The notes under the pieces are model-generated. The model was not told the origin of the DNA, searched no databases, and was given only the letters and a program-made list of their open reading frames with translations. From assembly GCA_951406725.2 (NCBI GenBank), contig OX597814.1, positions 113,832,001-113,896,000 of the forward strand: a stretch of DNA of 64,000 bases. The letters run 5' to 3'. The stretch comes from Octopus vulgaris. Lineage: Eukaryota. Made by a program: the position numbers and the translations under genes. Shown piece after piece: positions 12,338 through 26,050 of this stretch. Positions within the stretch are counted from its first letter, which is position 1, and the number at the start of each line of letters is the position of its first letter.

Positions 12338-12654
12338 CCCACGAACGCCCATACATATACATTTAGGAGTTTGATTCATGTCTATATGCGAGAGCGAGCA
12401 AGACGGACCTATCACATCAGATAACTGGAGAAGACTCGTCTCCATATATCGGATGAGATGGGTCCGTCCTACTCACCTACGAAGCTTTAAGTCGTATGGC
12501 GCTGGCTCAAACTATTATTCAAAAATATATTTAACTTCTGACATCTACTGAATGTGTTCAGTACCACTGTCTTTCGTTTGTCTAGTCACTTGTGGGTGTG
12601 AGTGTCTGTATGTTTGCGTGTGTCTGTCTGTGTCTCTGTGTGTGTATGTGCATG

Positions 12655-12697
<43 letters not shown>

Positions 12698-12701
<4 letters not shown>

Positions 12702-15420
12702 GTGTGACCTTTTTACAACTTAATAATCTTATACTGTAATTCAATAATTTCATAATAGTCAGGAAACTAATATTTATTTTGCTTTATTTAAAAAAAAAAC
12801 ATTACTCCCATCTTAAGAAATCGATCACCACTTTTGACCCAAATCAGGTAAACTTCTAGTTGGGGTGGGGCAGGGTTCATAACGCCTGCTCAAGGTTTTA
12901 CTAAACTCGATGTGCTGATTCAATGCAATGCAGAAATAGTATATCTGAAATTTCAGCTTTCTAGTTGAAGTAGTTTCGGAGTTATGGGATTTTAAACTAT
13001 AATCACTAGGTGGCACTAAATTCACACCAGTATTTCTGCTGCCTAAATCCTTGTAAACGCAAGAGAGATGTGGAATAAAAGTGTATTTATACATTTCTAA
13101 GATTACTGAATTGAAATTGTTCTATGCAAAGGTTCAAAACTAGGCTATTTTATTGCAGAGGCCATTACAAGCATTCGATAACATACGAAATTAAAAACAA
13201 TACACATTTTTAACTTTATAGGTTTTTCCAATTTTAAATAACTGTATAGGAGTGCTGAATGTTAGCAAATTTTTAAACAAAGAATTAATACGTTTTGTTA
13301 GATAAAATAAATCGAAGCTGAAGTTTCTCTTTCTTTTTACAAACATCAATAAGATCTTGAAGGCACTTGATTGCCCGTTCTGCACTCTCATTTGTTCTGT
13401 AAATTTCCAGTTTTTATGGTTCTCGACTTCAGAAGTTTTTACGGGGTTCAATGCTTTTTTTATGAACTTGCAGGCTACCACAAAACTTGTGATAATCATG
13501 TGCATTGAAAATTTGGTCAGTTACCAAAATCTGCCCAGTTGTAAGAGACGAATCGACAAACATTGAGAAGCAAAACTCTTTTCTCTGGTAGAAGTATAAA
13601 TGCCAAAAGAGCTAGTATTGCTCGAGAATTCAATCTTGCATTACTTAAGGGTATTTTTTGAAACTTTATAGTAGGAAATTTTCTGGTTTCTTCAAAGAAA
13701 CGAAAAACTCTGGTCAAATGAAATAGAAATTTTATGTCAGCTCACCATCCTGCTAAGTAATCTTTTCTTCACCATTGTTGAAATTAACCGGAAGTTTCTC
13801 ATAATTACTTAAAAGCTCTGAGATGAATGTGTATTCAATATTGGAAAATGACCTTTTTTTCTCCAAGTTCGTTATCCATTACAACACGAAGAACTCTGTC
13901 AAGGATATGATGCTGACAACCAATAAATTGCAGTTCTTTCAAACCCTTTTGAGCAAACAGTTTTTGCAATTAAATGACAATGCTATTACTTTTTCCAGTG
14001 TTCACACTCGTTGTGTCAGCGACAATTATCTTTACACAGTTCCATAAATTGTATTCAGCTAAAATAGCTTTAATTCCTTTCAAACCAGTATCGGATTTTC
14101 CCTTTGGTAATTGGAGTACTTCTAACTTAACTTCTACCTGTTCATTCTTTAAAACTAGCGCTTGGTATTCTTGGTCATCAATATGTTTACCATCAAAATG
14201 CAATGACCAATTTTCTAAATGTAGTATTTTCTTCATTTTCTTTTTTAGTTTAACAGCTTCTTTGATATTCGATCTGTAAATACCAGATTTGGAAGGAGTC
14301 TCGACATTGATTCCATTTCGAGATAATTGTCGACAAACTGTTGCTGCTTTTTGGGTTGATAGCTTGGAAGATGTTACTAACTTGGTTGCAGTTACAATTT
14401 TGCTATACTTCCTCCTTGTTTGTGTGGATTCTTCATCTGATTTTTCGGACTCTTTCAGTCTATGATTCAGACATTGACGATGACACTGGAGTTGCTCTGG
14501 TTGAAGTTGTCATTAAGGACTCTTTTCTTTTTTTAGACGAATGGACAGTTTTGGAACTGGCCGCCTTTCCAGTTGCATACCCAACCTTCCCTTGCTTTCA
14601 ATTTGAAGATTATATAACCTATCCTCACTGTACAGTCAGTTACCGTTTTCCTTTGTGATGTCAAAAATTCCTTTCAATGAATCGTATATTCTTCTTTTTA
14701 CACATTTTTCGTATGTATTTAACACTTTTCCTACTTTTGCTTGTACATTTTGAATTGATAGATATGGGAAATTTAATTTCTTTTGCCATAAAAAAGTTGC
14801 TTCTTTCGAAATTTCCTTTGTTCTTTCTTTCCTTCCTTTGATGGTACCTCCAAGGAACAGGTAGCAAGCGATAATTTGAAGTTTCATTGGTATCCTGTAG
14901 TTGTTTTCCAAAGAATCCTCTTCTAGAGGAACAGGTCTTCTTTTCCCATGTAAGTCTTGAAATTGCACGAGATTCTTCGTCCATATTTTATTTTTTGTTT
15001 CTTTGAGTGACGCAAGCACTTCTCTTATGAGACATTATTTTAGGTACTCTAGTTGGATAAGCCTACTATTATGAAAAACAGTTAATATAGTCAGAGTTTT
15101 TAGCGTCGCAGAAATAAAAAGGAGAGGAAGAGGATATTTCCTAAAGTAGGGCCTAAGTGGTAACAAATTAAAATCTCTGTAACTCCTAAACTACTTAAAC
15201 TTGAAAACTGAAATTTGAGATATACTGCTTCTGCATTATATCAGCTCGCCAAGTTTGGTAAACACTTGAATAGGCATTATGAACCCCACTAGAATTTTTC
15301 ATGATTTGGGTCAAAAGTGGTGTTAGATTTCTGCAGTTGGGGGTGACGTTTTTTTAAAAACTTAAAATAAATTTTATTTTTCCTACTTATATGAAATTGT
15401 TCATACATTCATATGCAGTA
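12698..15420 (-). mobile_element. Decayed hAT-like (probably hATm-group) DNA transposon with long imperfect TIRs
   Basis: 12743-13010 is the imperfect reverse complement of 15152-15401 (e.g. CACCACTTTTGACCCAAATCA / TGATTTGGGTCAAAAGTGGTG); encloses a transposase remnant; exact termini unclear. Confidence 0.8.
13285..15035 (-). pseudogene. DDE transposase pseudogene
   Basis: Joined frames give HFDGK, ADTTSVNTG, FIGCQHHILD (CxxH), NARLNSRAI, RTNESAERAIK; several stops and frameshifts. Confidence 0.8.
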
Positions 15421-15695
15421 ATCACATGCGGTTTAGAGATTGCGTTGTTTTACATCATTTTATTCCTTCTGGAATAATATCAATGTTTTCTTAGAAACAT
15501 ATGTCGGAAGTATAAAGATTTGAATAAAACCAGCGTTCAACTGCATTTATTTATTTATCTACGTCATTCAAAAACATTTCACTAAACTCTGAAATTCCTA
15601 CCTTTATAAGTAGGCTGTTACATCCTTGGTACTTATGTGGATTTTTGCTACCCTGGTATCTATTTATTTATTTTTCCGTGTTATTTGTACATATA

Positions 15696-16105
15696 GGCAT
15701 AAGAGCGGCTGTGTGATAAGTAGCTTGCATACCAACCACATGGTTCCGGGTTCAGTCCCACTGCGTGGCACCTTGGGCAAGTGTCTTCTACTATAGCCTC
15801 GGGCCGACCAAAGCCTTGTGAGTTGATTTAGTAGACGGAAACTGAAAGAAGCCCGTCGTATATATGTATATATATGTGTATGTGTGTGTATATGTTTGTG
15901 TATTCGTGTTCGTCCCCCTCAACATCGCTTGACAACCGATGCTAGTGTGTATAGGTCCCCGTAACTTAGCGGCTAGGCGAAAGAGACCGATAGAATAAGT
16001 ACTAGGCTTACAAAGAATGTCCTGGGGTCGATTTGCTCGACTAAAGGCGGTGCTCCAGCATGGCCACAATCAAATGACTGAAACAAGTAAAAGAGAGTAA
16101 AGAGC
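15696..16105 (+). mobile_element. SINE family B, full length
   Basis: Head, CACCTTGGGCAAGTGTCTT, short (TA)/(TG) spacer, tail GGCGGTGCTCCAGCATGGCC..GAAACAAGTAAAAGAG. Confidence 0.9.
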
Positions 16106-16120
16106 TAGAAAAAATACACA

Positions 16121-16170
<50 letters not shown>

Positions 16171-17356
16171 CACACACATACACAAGCATTTGCATGTGTA
16201 TATAAATGTGTGTGTGTGTTAAAATGTATCTATAGAAATGTATGTATGTAGGTGTATGTATATACATATGAAAATGTATCTATGCGTGAGTTACATACAG
16301 CCTCGTTGTCATTGCTGTCGTCAGAATTGTAATAAATCAGTGATTGGTCCATTAAAAACGTGTAGTGAACGAAGCTTGCATCATGAAATTAAAGAAGAAA
16401 ATATTCAACAAACAAACAATCCAGCAAAGAAACAAACAAACGACTAAATGGCTTCTACGTCAGGTTTAGATAGATAAATGATGGCGCAGCTTTGACAGAG
16501 ATTAAAGATACACTTGACTGGAGACTTTATCGTGAAAATAAAAAAAATCACAGATTAGGACAGAAGCTGAATGAATAGAAATCAATGCGCTATTGAAGAT
16601 TTTAAAAATAGAATCGTTTCAGTAGTGAAGAATTTGGAAACACGGAAACACGGAATAGAATTACAAATGGAAAGGCCAAAATCAGAATATACAAGCATAC
16701 AAAATTTCGTGTGTATATGTGTCTGTATGCATGCATACAAACATGTATATATTTCTATTTCTCCCGCTCTCTCTATATACATACCTACATACATACGTAC
16801 GTACATACGTACATATATAAAGTTAATACTATATTCTATTTCCCATCTCTATCATGTGTTATATACTCAACGAACACTGAAGAATTTTTTAGGTAGATCC
16901 AGCGAAAATTGTGTAAATACTGTGGAGGATGTTAGATAGCCATAGACAACGAAAGGGTTTCATTGGTTAACTACTTGGAACATAATACTTACTTAAATAA
17001 TTGCACGCACACATACATATAAGTTGACGTCCCCCCCCCCCGGCTAGGCCGGCAGGCCATTGGCATCTGCAGTTCGCGGTGGTATATTTGGCTATTCGCA
17101 GCTAACCTCCATCCGCCATTCGGGATCGCGCATATGTGTGTAAAACTTTTAACATCTTTTCTCCATTTTTGTTAGTTGAGTTTATATAGGATTATATCCT
17201 ATAAATACTCATAACACATATTTTACTTGTTAAATTTTCATATTTTTTAAAACAAATACTTACAATAGTAAGCGACAATTTTAATATGAAGAATCTTTAT
17301 TAGAAATCTAACTTTGCACCCCCTCCCCAAAATAAAAATGTTCTAATTGAACTCAA

Positions 17357-17414
<58 letters not shown>

Positions 17415-17489
17415 ACACATATATTCGCTATGATAGATCGCTAGCCACTAAACCCTTTCTATTTTCTCTCCCTATTTATTTCTGTGTTC

Positions 17490-17525
17490 CTTTCTGTTGA
17501 AGAGCGTAGGCTCGAAACGTAAAAG
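17490..17525 (+). ncRNA. Minimal hammerhead-like motif (family F2, core CTGTTGA) in repeat 17426-17580
   Basis: CTTT-CTGTTGA-A-GAGC(GTAG)GCTC-GAAA-CGTA-AAAG; stem I CTTT/AAAG covaries with GTTT/AAAC at 3656. Confidence 0.55.
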
Positions 17526-17580
17526 ACTTTCTCACTTCCCGAGGGTTAAACTAATACTTTTGTTTATTTGTAAATTTTCA

Positions 17581-17637
<57 letters not shown>

Positions 17638-18491
17638 ATCTTACGTTTGTGTTAGGTGGCGATCTGGCAGAAACGTAACACACCGGGCAAAATGCTTAAC
17701 GTCTGTCTTTGCCTTTCATCTTTGCGACGTCGATAAAATAAGTGAATAGATGAGCACTGGGGTCGATGTACTTGACTTCACTTCCTCCAAAATACTGGCC
17801 TTGTGCCAAAATTTGAAACCAATATGTATCTACCTGGTAGCAGAAATGTGTTTAATACGTAAACTGATTTATTGAATGGTGTTATATCACTAAATTTAGT
17901 GGCTATTTAAGCACTGTGTTCGTGGAAGGTTAATGGGTTGGATGTGGTGACGACGATAGAGCAATAACTTTGAAAATATGTATATACACCCATCACCTAT
18001 TTTTCAATGTTTTCAATCGCACTGTTTACATAGACGTATTCGTTTACGAAACGTCGTAACTTTCAATGCTGGCAATAGATTCCATAGAGACTCTGTAGAG
18101 ATAACTTAAAAGTCTTTCTCTATTGCTCATAGTGCCGTGCAGTGAGATTGACCCCGAGACTACGTGGTTGTAAAGTGATCTCCTTGACCACATAGCTACT
18201 CAGAAATACCTTGTTGTTGATGTTGAAATTCCAATGAAGGAGTCTTGGCTCTAGCTTAGAAAGTGGCTCTTTCTCTATTGGCAAGAAATATTGAAATAAA
18301 ACTAAATAATGATACACATACACAGCTAGATAGATACACACACACTAGATAGATAAACACCCTCACACATAGACATACACATTGCAGGCCTCACGCTACA
18401 CCACTACACATACCGAATATCTAGAGTGACAATTGCTTGTTAATGAGCTGCGACAAAGCTGGTTAACAAGCAACGGTCGTATATTAACACA

Positions 18492-18539
<48 letters not shown>

Positions 18540-18643
18540 GTGTCTTCATGCTTCTCATTAGCTCTTAATTTTCTTGACTACTTATATTGAATTCTATAAA
18601 CCGTTAGACAACTACAATTATGTGATCATTCCTTCGAATATCT

Positions 18644-18695
<52 letters not shown>

Positions 18696-18920
18696 AAAAA
18701 TAGACTTAAATTATATCCTCAAGCGAATTTCTAGAACCTGTAATATATTTCATTGTTTATAGGTGCAGGTGTGGATGTGTGGTAGAAAGCTTGCTTTCCA
18801 CCACATGGCTTTGGGTTCAGTACCAGTGTATGGTAAGTGTCTGCTACTATAGCCACAAGCTGACCAAAGCCTTAAAGCTTTGTGAGTGGATTTGGTAGAC
18901 GGTAACAGAAAGAAGCCCGC

Positions 18921-18978
<58 letters not shown>

Positions 18979-19064
18979 AATCCAAACGGGAAACAAAAAA
19001 ACAACAACAATGGAACAATTACAGTATTATTATTAATAGGCGCTCAGGAAATGGAAGCAGGGAG

Positions 19065-19099
19065 GTATGACGTTTCGAGCGGAGCTCTTCGTCGGAAAC
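19065..19099 (-). ncRNA. Minimal hammerhead-like motif (family F variant)
   Basis: Minus strand GTTT-CCGACGA-A-GAGC(TCC)GCTC-GAAA-CGTC-ATAC. Confidence 0.55.
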
Positions 19100-19259
19100 A
19101 TAAAGAAGGAAGAGAGAGGAAAGAAAGATCCCGGAGCGGGCAACGGAGATAGAGAAAAAAACGGCTGGTGTTAGGAGTAGCACATGGTGAAAGGCGGATG
19201 TTTACGATAACAAGAGCAAAGTGGGTTTTTAAAGGCAAAAGAGTGGAGACAAGGTTGGT

Positions 19260-20247
19260 AACGCAACAGATGTGTGTGTATGTGTGAGTGTGTGCGTGTG
19301 CGTGTGTGTATGTGTGTGTGTGAGGCGAGGTAAAAAAACAAAAAATATATGTATGTGTTAGTGTGTGCGTCTGTGTGTAGGCGTGTGAGGTAGGGCGAGA
19401 CGGTGGTCAGCATAGCAGCAGCATAGCAGACAAAGGTCAGTAGTAAGAAAAGGGAGGAAGGAGGAAGGGAGGGAGGGGAAGGGGTGGGGGCGTATGTAGC
19501 GTGCCAGCGTGTGTTGAGTAGTAGTGTGTGTGTGTGTGTCCAGTGTCGTGGTAGTATTAGTGGCGAGTAGATTGAATGTGTGTAAGAGTGATGTATATGT
19601 TTAAGCAATGTGTGTATATGTGTGCGCGTGTGTGTAACGAAAAAAAAGGGGGGTTTAGGAAAAGGACTCCAGCGGAGGGGAAGATGGAAGAGTGGTCCCG
19701 CGGAGACGGGCGTGGGAAAACCCAACGACAAGCGACATCCCAGGAACGGGCGGGAGGTCTCGTCGGGTCCAAGGGCGAGGTGCATGCGGGGCGCATGCGT
19801 GCGCGAACCGGCGCAAACGCGTGTGTGCGCGCGCCTGCGAGTGTGCGCGTACGTATGTGTGCGTGTGGATGTGTGAGTGTGTCTGTGTGTATGTCTGGGT
19901 GGCAGTGTGTCCGATGAATGTATGTGAGTATGTGTGTATATATGTGTGTGTGATGTATGTATGTACGTGTGGGTGTGGGGAAGTGTGTGTATGTGCATGT
20001 GTGTGCGCGAACATACAGGTGTGTGAGTGAGTGCGTGTGTGTGTATGTATGTGTGTGTGTGTGTGTGTGTGTAGCTGTGTGGGCGTGTGTATATGTGTGT
20101 GTATGTAGGTGTGTAGGCGTGTGTATATAGGTGTATGTATGTATGTCTGGGTGTGTCCGTGCATGTTTGTGTGTGTGTGTGTATGCATGTGTATGTAGGT
20201 GTGTGTGTACGTGTGTAATGTATGTGTGTATGCGTGTGTATGCGTGC

Positions 20248-20315
<68 letters not shown>
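19260..20315. repeat. Degenerate (GT)n-rich low-complexity tract with GC-rich islands, ending in (TA)n
   Basis: Direct inspection; source of the His/Thr- and Cys/Val-rich spurious ORFs. Confidence 0.85.
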
Positions 20316-20825
20316 AACGTTGATATGTTCGCGTCTTTTTTTCTCTGGATGTCTACTATATTCGCATTTTAACCCACGTGGATCTACGCAGGATTGCACC
20401 TAAGGATTTATGCTCTAGTTTCTATAACTTTGGAAAGTTGAACTATGAACTTTTATGCTTCTGTTTTCTTTCTCCACATCTTATTCCTTTACTCCCTTCC
20501 GCTATGTCGTCATCTCATTAATATGCACCATTCTCATTTTCCTTATTTTTCCCTGATGGCGGAATATTCCATACTCGGGGTATCCCAGACACAAAAAAAG
20601 TAAAAGAGTAAATCTACATCATAACACAGAAATAAAAGTCATCATCGCCATCATCTTCGTACCACCTTCAAAAATAAGCTCACAGCCGATAAAATATTAG
20701 TCTAAGATTTTGACACAAGGCCAGCAATTTAGGATGAGTGTGAAGTCGATTACATCGCCCCAAGTGCTTGTCTGGTACTTATCTTATCGACCCCGAAATC
20801 AGAAAGTAAAGTCGGTAGAAATGCC

Positions 20826-21240
20826 CATTTCTTTACTACCCACAAGGGGCTAAACACAGAGAGGATAAACAAGGACAGACAAACGGATTAAGTCGATTAC
20901 ATCGACCCCAGTGCGTAACTGGTACTTAGTTAATCGACCCCGAAAGGATGAAAGGCAAAGTCGACCTTGGCGGAATTTGAACTCAGAACATAACGGCAGA
21001 CGAAATACCTGTTTCTTTACTATCCACAAGGGGCTTAACACAGAGAGGACAAACAAGGACAGACAAACGGATAAGTCGATTACATCGACCCCAGTGTGTA
21101 ACTGGTACTTATTTGATCGACCCTGAAAGGATGAAAGGCAAAGTCGACCTCGGCAGAATTTGAACTCAGAACATAACGGCAGACGAAATACGGCTACGCA
21201 TTTCGCCCGGCGTGCTAACGTTTCTGCCACCTCGCCGCCT
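20826..21240 (-). mobile_element. SINE family C dimer
   Basis: Two ~185-bp near-identical units starting TTTCTTTACTA at ~20828 and ~21012; head at ~21240. Confidence 0.85.
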
Positions 21241-21289
21241 TTTTTCTTTTTCTTTTTTTTTTATATATCGATGCACCATCCAGTCAGGC

Positions 21290-21730
21290 TAATTACCTGA
21301 GCTAGCCTACCTAATTTTCTCCATCCCTCCCGATCTTCCATTAGTGTTTTTAGGTCTTCAGCTTGGCATCGAATATCTTCTGCAAGCTGTTGTATATACA
21401 TCTTTCTTGGTCTTCCTGTCGCTGTTGTGCCATGATTTGGTGTCCATAGCAACACTTTACTCATAAGTTCTTTACTTCTCCATCAGTGGCTAGCAAACCT
21501 CAATCTCCTCTCTTGGATGGTCGACGAGAAAGTGGGTACATTCCCATATAACCGTTGTTTTGTTGGGTGCTCCCTCCAAGAGATGTTGAGCACTGCAGTA
21601 ACACTGGTGTAGGCACTGTCCAGTAAGTACCCGAGTCTCTTGGTGATAATCCATGTCTGAGATCCATATATAAGCACAGATTCGACAACTGCTCTGAAGA
21701 ATTCTCTTCAATTTATCTGTCGCCTTCTTA
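21290..21730 (-). pseudogene. RTE/RTEX LINE ORF2 3' remnant
   Basis: LIYGSQTW..VLNISWREHPTKQRLYG..ERRLRFASH..LLWTPNHG...GRPRKMYIQQL..DREGWR. Confidence 0.85.
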
Positions 21731-21806
21731 ACTACAATACTGGCTTTAAATGTTAGCATGAGGCCAGCAATTATGGTACTAGGAGAGTAAGTCTTTTTTT
21801 TTACAC

Positions 21807-21876
21807 CAGTGCTACTCAGTAGTGGTTCGCGGACCGGTGCCGGTCCGTGTGTCATCGGATAATTTGAGAAGCACTG
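21807..21876. mobile_element. Internally deleted hAT MITE
   Basis: Termini CAGTGCTACTCAG / TTGAGAAGCACTG; 8-bp flanks TTTTACAC vs GTTTACAT. Confidence 0.55.
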
Positions 21877-24129
21877 GTTTACATCGAATCCCAGAGTTTC
21901 CAGAAAAGAAAGAAACATTATAAAATGCTTATGTAATATTGTATTATTTGTTCACAAAATAAGTATAAGATAAAAAGAATTGTCAACTTTTATTACATTC
22001 ATTATATATATATCGTTTCCGGAATAAATTAACATTACAAAGAAATATTACCGGTTCCTGGCACATTGGTGGTGGTAGTGGTGGGGGGACTACTGGTACG
22101 TCATATCAGATAGTTTGAGCATCGAATCCCAATGTTGAGCTGGTACTATTTTATCACGGAAGGATGAAAGGTAAAGGCGACCTCGGCAAAATTTGAACTT
22201 AGAATGAAAAGACGGACGAAATGCCGCTAAGCATTTTGTCCGGTATGGTAACACTTCTACCAGCTCCTCGCCGCCTTAACAACATATAAATATTGGATTT
22301 AAATGTTTGGCACAAGGCCAGCAATTACATGGGAGGTATAAGACGATTACATCGACCTCAGTCTTCAACTGGTTCTTATTTTATCGGCCTCGAAAGGGCA
22401 AATGGAAAAGTATAGAATCGAAGCCTTTTTTTCCGGCGCGGTAACGACTCTGCCAGCTCGCCGCCTTAAATAACGTATAAAATAGTGAAAATGAATTTAT
22501 GTTAATTTAACACATTTCCTACGCGGTCAAATTTACATAATTTTCTAATTATTAATGTTGGTTGTCTTGTTATAAGATTTAAAGGATAGTACTAAACTCG
22601 TATGGTTATGGTTTGCTTTTCATTTTAATTACTTTAGAAACACTGATCCAATAAGAGAATAGAAATCTAATTTACAAAAGCAATAGTCTACAGTCATTAA
22701 AACGCTTTCGTGACTCTCGTATGAAATTTGAGTTCTCAATTACTTGCTAAGAAAATAATTGAATTTATTTCGTATAATACGTTTAACTGTTGAAGTATTT
22801 TAACAAGAGCCTGAACTAATTTGTTTGCTATTCTTCCCTCATCTACTTCAACTTCCGTAGACGACGTTTTCATTTTTAACCCTCTCTACTAATAAGGAAC
22901 TCTAAGCAGTATTTCTCTATTGCAATAAAAACAGTCAAAGCTGGACTGTAGTGAAAAACAGAGTTATCAATTAACGCAGCGAAGAAAACTGATGGCCTGA
23001 AAACTGATGCCAAAGGTTACAGGAAGGACAAGAACAACGACAAAAGCTCAAAACGCCAAAAGTAAAAACGAAGAAGCACAAAGATAGAAACTGATGGAGG
23101 CCAGGTTGTATGTTAATTTTACTTAAATGGCACTAACTGGCATGGAGAAAGGGGAAAGAGCTGTAGCTTTGTCCGTCCCAAATCTTATTGGAAGAACAAG
23201 CAGGGTAACCAGAAACAGAACCAGTAAAAACAGAGGGAAATCATCAAGCATGGATCTGCAGACTAACAGTGCACCAATAGGAAGAAACGTGTCTCAAAAG
23301 AGTAGTCTTTCTCTATTGCCCATAGTGCCACGTAGTGGGACTGACCCCGAGACTACATGGTTGCAAAGCGATCACCTTAACCACACGGCCACGGAGAAAT
23401 ACGGCAAATGAAATGACAAATACATTATCCAAAAGAATGGACACAGAGCTCTTTAGTGCAGATGGCCGTCTTTGTCCCGATCAAACTGAATATAGAGTGG
23501 CTCGGGGGCCAGTTCTGAACACTGAACGTTTCTAGCTCTTTAGGTACGAAAAGTATCCTAGCGGTGAGTAACCACTAATATGTCAGCTTTGTAAACCTTG
23601 GACACTTGTTGGGCGGTTAAACCTGTGTGCGAGTGATAACGTTGAGTTCGCCAGGTTATCGCAGGAGAAACCATGGTTGCAAGTCAGGTCGCACCCCAGA
23701 TGAGAGACATGCCGCCTTGGAGCAGGATGATTATTTTCAGTTTACCACAAAAAAAGCAAAAAAGAAAAACAAGACGACAATAAATAAAATGTACTAGTCG
23801 AAGTGATCAACTATTTCCGGCCCCCAGCAAAATTGCTGGCCTTGTGTTTTGATATGAAACAATTACCCTTTCTATTATAGGCTCGAAGCCTGAAATTTGC
23901 GGGGGAGGAGTAAGTCGATTACATCGACCCCAGTACGTAACTGGTACTTATTTAATCGATTTTGATATGAAACAATTATGCCTATGTCCACCATCGGCGG
24001 GATTAGTGAGAAATAATTTATGGAATCTAGCAAAAAAGTATTTTAGTTGCAAAATTGTAATTAACAAACTCTTCAGTAGCACACTTCTGCCTGCGCAAGT
24101 GAGACGTGGGCTATTAGGAAGAGGATAGA

Positions 24130-24345
24130 ACATTGATTGGCTACGATGCAAAGGGCCGTGGAAAGATCCACGCTGGGAATATCACTACAAGGGCAAATTT
24201 GAAACGAGATAATTCGAGAACTGGATGCGAATTTTTTTTCTCCTACGAGAGTTCTGGACACAAGTAATGAACTCATTTGCATACAGCCAATCAGAGCTCA
24301 CCTTGGCATTGTTGTCAAGTAAACAAACACACTCTGCCAAATAAA
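24130..24345. promoter_or_regulatory. Candidate cis-regulatory motif cluster
   Basis: TGATTGGCT 24134, octamer ATTTGCAT 24275, AGCCAATCAG 24285, CATTGTT 24307, GTAAACAAACA 24319, in apparently non-repetitive sequence. Confidence 0.3.
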
Positions 24346-25007
24346 CTCAAGACGAAGAATGATGTAAGTCGACTAATCGTCAAGTTATGCCTGATTTTAG
24401 AAGGAAGCAAGTAATTAGATAGATTTTTCTTCTATGCCTATTATCGGATTTTGTTAGGGCCCCATATGGTAAAGATGTGGATTAGAAAAGTGTGGGTAGA
24501 GAGTGATGTGCTAGCAACCCTCTCCCTTTACTGTTTTACAAAGTAAACAACACAAATAACTACGCAGAGGCAGCCATAGTTGAAACAATAATAAGAACAA
24601 CAAGCATTCTTAAAAGAGAAAAAAAGCATGATCTTATCTTATCGTCCATCACTTATGTGCTCATAAGTTAGTTTGATAGTTGAGCTCTGAGTTGCTGTAT
24701 GCAAATGAGTTCATAACTGAGGTCCAGAATTCTCGTGGAAAAAAAAACTCGCGAACGGGGTAGTGTGAACGATGTGATTTCATAACACCTAAAGTGCAAG
24801 TTCCACTGAGCAAGAGTCACAGACAACAGATGGACTCCTGTAGGTGTTACTGTGTGGTATCCAAGAGACCGGAAAAAGCAACATGGAAGGCTTCCATGAC
24901 GACGGAAAGACGATTTAGTTTAACGATTTTGAACGAAATACTAGGAAATGCGTTGTAACCAATAAGAGGTTTATAACGATATTGTGCCCAACACAGTGAT
25001 ATATTGA

Positions 25008-25148
<141 letters not shown>

Positions 25149-25285
25149 TGCAGGCGTGGCTGTGTGGCAAGAAGCTTGCTTACCAACCACAAGGTTCCGG
25201 GTTCAGTCCCACTGCGTGACAATTTGGGCAAGTGTCTTCTACAGTAGCCTCGGGTATGGTTGACGGAAACTGAAAGAAGCCCGTC

Positions 25286-25396
<111 letters not shown>

Positions 25397-25541
25397 TTGT
25401 GTCTGTGTTTGTCCCTCTACCATCGCTTGACAACCGATTCTCGTGTGTTTACGTTCGGCAAAAGAGACTGATAGAATAAGTAAAAGGCGGTGTTCCAGCA
25501 TGGCCACAGTTAAAATGTTTGAAACAAATAAAAGAATAAAA

Positions 25542-25591
<50 letters not shown>

Positions 25592-25740
25592 CTTATACAA
25601 GAATGTAATTCCTACACACACACACACAATATTGTATCTTGTTTAAGAATAATAAATTTGTACACTACAAAAGCATGGAGTAACCCGCCAGATTATTGTA
25701 AAGTTCATTATTTACATTTCTCCTCATCTTGTTTGTTGTT

Positions 25741-25785
25741 AACACAACGTTTCGGTTGATATACCCTCCAGCCTTCATCAGTCTT
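25741..25785 (-). ncRNA. Minimal hammerhead motif (SINE-borne, left arm)
   Basis: Minus strand CTGATGA-A-GGCTG(GAGGGTATAT)CAACC-GAAA-CGTT-GTGTT; 5' strand of stem I partly deleted. Confidence 0.6.
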
Positions 25786-25830
25786 GGGGAAATGTCATAC
25801 CTGGGTTCTCATTCCTAAGGTATTTTTCTG

Positions 25831-25877
<47 letters not shown>

Positions 25878-26050
25878 TCACTGCCTGGAATCGAACTCGG
25901 AATATTTGGGTTAGTAGCCCGCGCTCTTAACCACTACGCCATATGCCCACATGCAGTGACCTGAATAATAATAATAGTGGTGATAATAATAATAGTGATA
26001 ACATCGAAGAGTGCCTTGGGAGTGAGAGTCCAGCTTCGAAATTTCCCCAA

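Noticed and set aside
19171-20399. 275-280 aa His/Thr-rich ORFs, and all [16 protein letters not shown] ORFs in the track
   Set aside because: Translations of stop-free microsatellites; no domain-like sequence
25884-25948. tRNA gene (also heads at ~1490-1550, 5587, 49930-50000, 55075-55140)
   Set aside because: A/B boxes present but no complete cloverleaf, and each continues into a repeated SINE body
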